From the NCBI GenBank assembly GCA_963753435.1, contig CAVWCF010000001.1:1408001-1472000 (forward strand): 64,000 bases of DNA, given 5' to 3'. How positions within the stretch are numbered: the first letter of the stretch is position 1; each line of letters opens with the position of its first letter. Both the position numbers and the translations under genes were made by a program. The notes under the pieces are model-generated. The model searched no databases and was not told the origin of the DNA. It saw nothing but the letters and a program-made list of their open reading frames with translations. This stretch comes from an uncultured Actinomycetota bacterium (lineage in GTDB: Bacteria > Actinomycetota > Actinomycetes > CAVWCF01). Below, piece after piece: positions 58,565-64,000 of this stretch.

Positions 58565-60303
58565 ACACGGTTACCGACGGCGAACTCGCGGCGGGGGAAC
58601 CGCTGCCGTTGCGGGGTCTCACGCGGGCGAGCCGGGCCCGCCTGGCGGGCGCGGTCGGCCTGTCCGGGTTGGCGACCGGCGCCGGTGCCGCGCTCCTGAT
58701 GGTTTCGGCGTGGCTGATCACCACCGCGTCGTTCGCGCCGCCGATTCTGACGCTCACCGTCGCGGTCGTGGCGGTGCGGGCTCTGGGCATCAGTCGCGGG
58801 GTCTTCCGGTACGCCGAGCGCCTCGCCGCTCACGACGCCGGCTTCCGGTTCTTAGCCTCGGTCCGGCAGGCGGTCTACGGCCGACTCGCGCAACTCTCGC
58901 CAACCCGGACGCGGGATCTGTCTGACGGGCAGGTGCTGACTCGCTTCGTCGCCGACGCCGACGCAATGGCTGACCTGTACATCCGGGTGCTGGTACCGCT
59001 GGGCGGCTTCGCCCTCGTTGTCGGGGGCCTCCTGGTGGTCAACGGGCTGCTGCTGCCGGCCGCCGCGGTGGTCCTGTTGCTGGTTCTGGGCCTGGGTGCG
59101 GTCGTCGCACCCGCCCTAACTGCGGCCTCGGCGCGCCGGGCTGAGGGCGCGGCGGCGGAGGATCGCGGGGTCCTCACCCACCAGTGGGTCACGATGCTGC
59201 GCGGCCAGCGGGAGATCCAGGCGTTCTCGGCAACCACCGCGACTCTTGACGCCATGGCGGCCACGGAAGCTCGGCTGGTGCGCTCGGCTAGCCGGTCGGC
59301 CTGGTCGGTTGGCGTGGGCTCGGCCATCGGCCAATGGGCGCTGGGTCTAGGTGTGGTCCTGATGGTTATGGCCACCGCGCCGGCCGTCGAGCGAATCGGC
59401 GGTCCGGTGTTCGCGGTTCTCGTGTTCAGCGTGCTGGCGTCGGCAGAGATCGTGGCGACGACTCCGGCCGGGGCGGTTGCCGCACTTCGGGTTCGGGGCG
59501 CGGCTAGGCGCCTGGCTGACATCCTTGGCCGGCAGCCGGTGTCCGCCGGGCCGGTGATTCCGGCCGCCGAAGGGGAGCTCGTGACGGCGTCGAACCTCGG
59601 CCTGCGGTGGGCTGAGGACGCTCCCGAGACGATCAAGGGATTGGACCTGGTACTTCGGCGGGGTTCCCGGATCGGGCTGGTTGGGCCAAGCGGTTCGGGC
59701 AAGTCGACCACGCTCTACGGGTTACTCGGTCTGCTGCCGGTCACCGGCACCCTCGGAATCAACGGAGCCGACGACGCCGGGCAAGTGCGCGCTCAGGTGA
59801 CCGCTGCCATGCAGGACGCCTACGTCTTCGACACGACGCTGCGGGAGAACCTGCGCCTGGGCGACCCGGACGCAACGGACGAGCAGTTGCTGTCCGTGCT
59901 AGGTCGAGTCCACCTGGCCGAATGGGTGGCCGGGCTGCCGCGTGGGCTGGACACGCTGGTCGGGACCGACGGCATTCGGTTGTCCGGCGGGCAGCGGCAA
60001 CGCGTGTGTCTGGCCCGCGCGCTACTGCGTCCAGTCCCGGTGCTGCTGCTCGACGAACCGGCGGAGCACTTGGACGTCGCCACCGCCGACGCGCTGCTGG
60101 CCGATGCCCTCGCCGCCGCGGACGACCGAGCTGTCGTCGTTGTCAGCCATCGGCTCCGGGGACTGACCGCTGTGGACGAGGTCCTGGTGATCGCTGACGG
60201 GCGAGTAGTCGAGCGGGGGACGCCGCCTGCATTGTTGGACGCCGGGGGATGGTATTCACAGCAGTGGCACGACGAACGCCTCAGAGATCAGGAGCCCGAG
60301 TGA
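58561..60303 (+). CDS. cydC: ABC exporter CydC
   Basis: SAWLIT, VRALGISRGVFRYAERL..HD, GPSGSGKS, LSGGQRQR. Confidence 0.92.
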   Translation: MNTVTDGELAAGEPLPLRGLTRASRARLAGAVGLSGLATGAGAALLMVSAWLITTASFAPPILTLTVAVVAVRALGISRGVFRYAERLAAHDAGFRFLASVRQAVYGRLAQLSPTRTRDLSDGQVLTRFVADADAMADLYIRVLVPLGGFALVVGGLLVVNGLLLPAAAVVLLLVLGLGAVVAPALTAASARRAEGAAAEDRGVLTHQWVTMLRGQREIQAFSATTATLDAMAATEARLVRSASRSAWSVGVGSAIGQWALGLGVVLMVMATAPAVERIGGPVFAVLVFSVLASAEIVATTPAGAVAALRVRGAARRLADILGRQPVSAGPVIPAAEGELVTASNLGLRWAEDAPETIKGLDLVLRRGSRIGLVGPSGSGKSTTLYGLLGLLPVTGTLGINGADDAGQVRAQVTAAMQDAYVFDTTLRENLRLGDPDATDEQLLSVLGRVHLAEWVAGLPRGLDTLVGTDGIRLSGGQRQRVCLARALLRPVPVLLLDEPAEHLDVATADALLADALAAADDRAVVVVSHRLRGLTAVDEVLVIADGRVVERGTPPALLDAGGWYSQQWHDERLRDQEPE

Positions 60304-61925
60304 GCGATCAGCAACCCACGGCTCACCCCCGCGCTGCGTTGCTGCGGCCGCGCGGTGGCATCGGCGAGCCGGCGGATCTGCGGGCAACGCTGCGCCGACT
60401 CGTCGAGACCGCCACTCGACTGGTGCACGCCCGCTACGGGGCGATCGCGATCCGCGCCGGGGACGGGGAGATTGTTGAGTTCGTTCACGTCGGGATGCCC
60501 GAAGCGACCGTCGAGCAGATGGATCACCCACCGCGCGGACATGGGGTGCTGTCGGATCGATTGCTGCATGAGGGCGGGTCACTTCGCCTGGCCGACCTGA
60601 CCCTGTCGCCGGAGTCGGAGGGCTTCCCCGAGCACCACCCGGTGATGCGTTCGTTCCTCGGTGTGCCGGTTCGAGTCCGCGGTCAGATGTACGGGTCGCT
60701 GTACTTCACGCATTCGGCGTCCGGCGTGTTCACCGCCGAGGACGAAGACATCGTGCGGGCCTTGTCGCTGGCGGCCACCGCAGTGGTGGAGAACGCGCAG
60801 TTGTTCGAGATGGCGCGGTTGCGGGAGGCGTGGCTACGCGCCCTTGCCGAAGTCACCGAGGCAGCCCTGTCCGGTCAGGACCGCGGCGCGGTCCTGGACC
60901 TGTTGGCCGAACGTGCCCACGAGGTCTCCGGCTGTGACCTCGCGTTCGTGACGCTTCCCGAGAAGTCGGGGGTGCTGATCGTTCGTCATGCCTTCGGACG
61001 GCGGAGCGAGGAGTTCATCGGGACACCGATGGCAGCAGCCGCGGCCGTTTCGATGGCGCATGATTCCGGCCACTCCACCATCGTTGAGGATCTGCACGCC
61101 GCCGACGTGCCGTCGGTCTTTCGCACTCACTTCGGCGCGCTGTTGGCCGTCCCGCTGCTGGCGGAGGGTCGGCACCTGGGCGTGCTGGGGCTGCTTTGGG
61201 ATGAGCCGCGGGTGTTCGCCGCTGAGGAGCTGCAGGCGTCGGAGGACTTCGCCAACTCCGCCACCCTGGCGGTGCTGCTGGCACAGGCCCAGTCCGAGCG
61301 GGAACGGTTGGCCGTTCTGGAGGACCGCGACCGCATCGCCCGAGATCTGCACGACTTGGTAATCCAACGCCTCTTTGCCACCGGGATGATGCTGACCGGC
61401 GCTACCCGCGCGACGGATGTGCCGGAAGCCGCGCGAAGCAAGGTGTCGGAGGTGGTCGACGAGTTGGACGCAACCATTCAGGAGGTGCGCCAAGCCATCT
61501 TCGCTCTGCGCGAGTCCGGCTCGGACCGACCGACCGGATTGCGCGGACGCGTGCTGCGGGAGGTGCAGTCGGCTACCACGGTCCTGGGATTCGCCCCGGT
61601 GCTGCACTTCGGCGGCGCGGTTGATTCGCTCGTTCCCGACGACGTCGCCGATGACCTGCTCGCGGCGCTGCGGGAAGCGCTCAGCAACGTTGGCCGGCAC
61701 GCCGAAGCGACCTGGACGCAGGTAACGGTGACCGTGGGCGATAGCGAGGTTGTGCTCAGCGTCTCCGACGACGGCAAAGGCCTCGGCAGCACGGATCGCC
61801 GGTCGGGTTTGGCCAACCTGGCCGACCGGGCGAGCCGCCACGGGGGAGTTTTCGACATTGCCGCGACCGAGCCGTCGACCGGCCGCGGCACGCGAATCAC
61901 GTGGCGCGCACCGCTGGCCCGCTAG
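60300..61925 (+). CDS. Two-GAF sensor histidine kinase (DosS/DosT-like)
   Basis: GAF-A 'GFPEHHPVMRSFLGVP..LYFT', second GAF, H-box DRIARDLHDLVIQRLF, EALSNVGRHA, DDGKG; GTGA overlap with cydC. Confidence 0.9.
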   Translation: MSDQQPTAHPRAALLRPRGGIGEPADLRATLRRLVETATRLVHARYGAIAIRAGDGEIVEFVHVGMPEATVEQMDHPPRGHGVLSDRLLHEGGSLRLADLTLSPESEGFPEHHPVMRSFLGVPVRVRGQMYGSLYFTHSASGVFTAEDEDIVRALSLAATAVVENAQLFEMARLREAWLRALAEVTEAALSGQDRGAVLDLLAERAHEVSGCDLAFVTLPEKSGVLIVRHAFGRRSEEFIGTPMAAAAAVSMAHDSGHSTIVEDLHAADVPSVFRTHFGALLAVPLLAEGRHLGVLGLLWDEPRVFAAEELQASEDFANSATLAVLLAQAQSERERLAVLEDRDRIARDLHDLVIQRLFATGMMLTGATRATDVPEAARSKVSEVVDELDATIQEVRQAIFALRESGSDRPTGLRGRVLREVQSATTVLGFAPVLHFGGAVDSLVPDDVADDLLAALREALSNVGRHAEATWTQVTVTVGDSEVVLSVSDDGKGLGSTDRRSGLANLADRASRHGGVFDIAATEPSTGRGTRITWRAPLAR

Positions 61926-61938
61926 CGCAAGCCCCTAT

Positions 61939-62589
61939 TCAGACCTCGCCGCGTTCCTCCAGGCGCACGACGAACGCCGCCGCCTGCGTGCGCCGCTCCA
62001 TGCCGAGTTTGGCGAGCAGGCTGGAGACGTAGTTCTTCACGGTCTTCTCCGCCAGGTGCAGGCGCTCGCCGATCTGCCGGTTGGTCAGACCCTCGCCGAT
62101 CAACTCCAGGATCTTGCGCTCCTGGTCGGTGAGGCTGTCCAGCCTCGGATCGTGCTTCGTCCCGCCGCGGAGCCGCTCCAGTACCCGGGAGGTGGCCCCG
62201 GGATCGAGCAGCGACCTGCCGGCTGCGACTGAGCGGATGGCCTCGATCAGGTCCTGACCGCGAATGTCTTTGAGTACGTAGCCGGCAGCCCCGGCCATGA
62301 TCGCGTCGAAGAGCGCCTCATCGTCGGCGAACGACGTCAGCATCAGGCTGCGCGTCTCGGGGGAGGTGTCCTTGATGTCCCGGCAGACCTCGACGCCGGA
62401 ACCGTCGGGAAGTCGCACATCCAGCACCGCTACGTCCGGCTTGGTGAGCGGGATGCGGGTGCGGGCCTCGTCTGCGGTGCTGGCCTCGCCGACGACCTCA
62501 AGGTCGCCTTCCATGGTCAGCAACTCGTGCAGGCCCCGCCGGACCACTTCGTGGTCATCCAGCAGGAACACGCGGATCGGGGTTGTCAT
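61939..62589 (-). CDS. NarL-family response regulator, DosR/DevR-like
   Basis: VFLLDDHEVVRRGL, VAVLDVRLPDG, LTDQER, LAEKTVKNYVSSLLAKLGMERRTQAA, closely matching the DosR recognition helix. Confidence 0.9.
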   Translation of the reverse strand: MTTPIRVFLLDDHEVVRRGLHELLTMEGDLEVVGEASTADEARTRIPLTKPDVAVLDVRLPDGSGVEVCRDIKDTSPETRSLMLTSFADDEALFDAIMAGAAGYVLKDIRGQDLIEAIRSVAAGRSLLDPGATSRVLERLRGGTKHDPRLDSLTDQERKILELIGEGLTNRQIGERLHLAEKTVKNYVSSLLAKLGMERRTQAAAFVVRLEERGEV

Positions 62590-63824
62590 CGGTCCTCCGA
62601 CTCAGCAGCCGCCTTGGCGATGTCCGAACGGTAGTGCGCGCCAGCGAAGCGCACCGCGTCGACTCGGCGGTATGCGACATCTCGAGCCTGATCCAGGGTC
62701 GGCCCGGTCCCAAGAACGGACACAACCCGGCCGCCGGCGGTCACTAGTCGGCCCTCGGCGTCGTGTGCGGTCCCGGCGTGCAGCACCCAGTCTTGATCCG
62801 CGCCGGTGATCACTTCACCCACGCGTGGCGATGCCGGGTACCCGTCGGCGGCCAACACCACGACTACGGCCGCCTCGGGCGACCAGCGCAGCGGGTCGAC
62901 GGTGCCCAAGGAGCCGGTCGCCGCGGCGTGCAGGAGTTGGCCGAGCGGGGTCTCCAGTCGCTCCAGCACCACCTGCGTCTCCGGGTCGCCGAAGCGGGCG
63001 TTGAACTCCACGACACGCAGTCCGCGCGTGGTCAACGCCAGGCCGACGTACAGGAGGCCGGCGAATGGTGTGCCCCGAGCCGCCATCTCATCGATCGTCG
63101 GCTGCGCGACGCGCGCGACCACGTCGTCGACCAGCCCGGCCGGTGCCCACGGCAGTGGTGAATACGCCCCCATGCCGCCGGTGTTGGGACCGGTATCGCC
63201 GTCACCGGCGCGCTTGAAGTCCTGCGCCGGCTGCAGCGGCAGGACGGTCTTGCCGTCCGTGACGCAGAACAGGGATACCTCCGGGCCGTCCAGGTACTCC
63301 TCGATCACCACGCGACCGCAGGCGACGGCGTGCCCAAGCGCCACCTCCCGGTCCTCGGTGACAACCACACCTTTGCCCGCAGCCAGACCATCGTCCTTGA
63401 CGACGTACGGGGAGCCGAACTGGTCCAGGGCGTCCGCGGCCTCATCGGCCGTGGTGCACAGCCGGGCCATAGCCGTTGGCACGTCGGCTGCGGCCATTAC
63501 TTCCTTCGCGAACGCCTTGCTTCCTTCCAACGCCGCGGCTGCGGCGTCCGGGCCGAAGCAGGCGATGCCCCTGGCTCGAACCGCATCGGCGGCGCCGGCG
63601 ACCAGCGGCACCTCCGGGCCGATGACGACAAGATCTACTTGGCGGTCCACGGCCAGCCCGGCGATCGCGGCCGGGTCGTCGACGGCTACCGGCAGCTGCT
63701 CGGCGATCGCGGCGATACCGGGATTGCCGGGGGCACACATGAGCGCGGTGACCTCGGGATCACGTGCCAGGGCCCGGCACAGGGCATGTTCACGGGCACC
63801 GGAGCCGATTACCAGGACGCGCAC
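62586..63824 (-). CDS. purD: Phosphoribosylamine--glycine ligase
   Basis: GSGAREHA, GPEVPL, LEGSKAFAK, KDDGLAAGKGV, GPNTGGMG, EFNARFGDPETQ. Confidence 0.97.
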   Translation of the reverse strand: MRVLVIGSGAREHALCRALARDPEVTALMCAPGNPGIAAIAEQLPVAVDDPAAIAGLAVDRQVDLVVIGPEVPLVAGAADAVRARGIACFGPDAAAAALEGSKAFAKEVMAAADVPTAMARLCTTADEAADALDQFGSPYVVKDDGLAAGKGVVVTEDREVALGHAVACGRVVIEEYLDGPEVSLFCVTDGKTVLPLQPAQDFKRAGDGDTGPNTGGMGAYSPLPWAPAGLVDDVVARVAQPTIDEMAARGTPFAGLLYVGLALTTRGLRVVEFNARFGDPETQVVLERLETPLGQLLHAAATGSLGTVDPLRWSPEAAVVVVLAADGYPASPRVGEVITGADQDWVLHAGTAHDAEGRLVTAGGRVVSVLGTGPTLDQARDVAYRRVDAVRFAGAHYRSDIAKAAAESEDR

Positions 63825-63851
63825 GGACGGCAGGCTAGACGTGGGCGCTGG

Positions 63852-64000
63852 CTAGCCGGCGTAGTGGGCGTCGGCGGCCGTCAACGCCTCGTCGAGTATC
63901 GCCAGCCCTTCCTTGGCTTCGGCTTCGGTGACGGTGCACGGTGGGACCACGTGCAGCCGGTTGAAGTTGGTGAACGGCAGCAGTCCACGGATCTTGCAGC
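63852..64000 (-). CDS. C-terminal fragment of a class III aminotransferase, truncated by the window edge
   Basis: Manual translation ...CKIRGLLPFTNFNRLHVVPPCTVTEAEAKEGLAILDEALTAADAHYAG*. Confidence 0.7.
   Translation of the reverse strand, partial: CKIRGLLPFTNFNRLHVVPPCTVTEAEAKEGLAILDEALTAADAHYAG

Overview
High-GC actinobacterial (Actinomycetes) chromosome segment centred on the replication origin. Most of it follows the conserved Streptomyces/Nocardioides-like order: tRNA-Ala/tRNA-Ile, gyrA-gyrB-dciA-recF-dnaN-oriC-dnaA, rpmH-rnpA-yidD-yidC-jag-rsmG-parA-parB, ddl, cwlM, trxAB, anti-sigma/sigM/pseudokinase/murJ, CCA-adding enzyme, ino1-padR, ponA-GT87, racemase-like/femAB, rpsF-ssb-rpsR-rplI and dnaB. 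After dnaB come a vapBC pair, a frameshifted SipW-type secreted-fibre-like locus, hisC-like and EamA genes, cydABDC with a DosS/DosT-like kinase, a convergent DosR-like regulator and purD. No CRISPR array, integrase or transposase was seen. The most notable observations are: (i) a compact predicted DosR-DosS/T-cydABDC hypoxia circuit with two DosR-like boxes in front of cydA and the regulator coupled to purD; (ii) the SipW locus with two '(A)ATLGG/ASLGG' substrates, sigma-28-like promoters and clustered indels; (iii) a 36-aa leaderless membrane ORF missing from the ORF track; (iv) parS and DnaA-box-like sites embedded in coding sequence or upstream of dnaB. All family assignments come from recognising motifs by eye; no database search was run.
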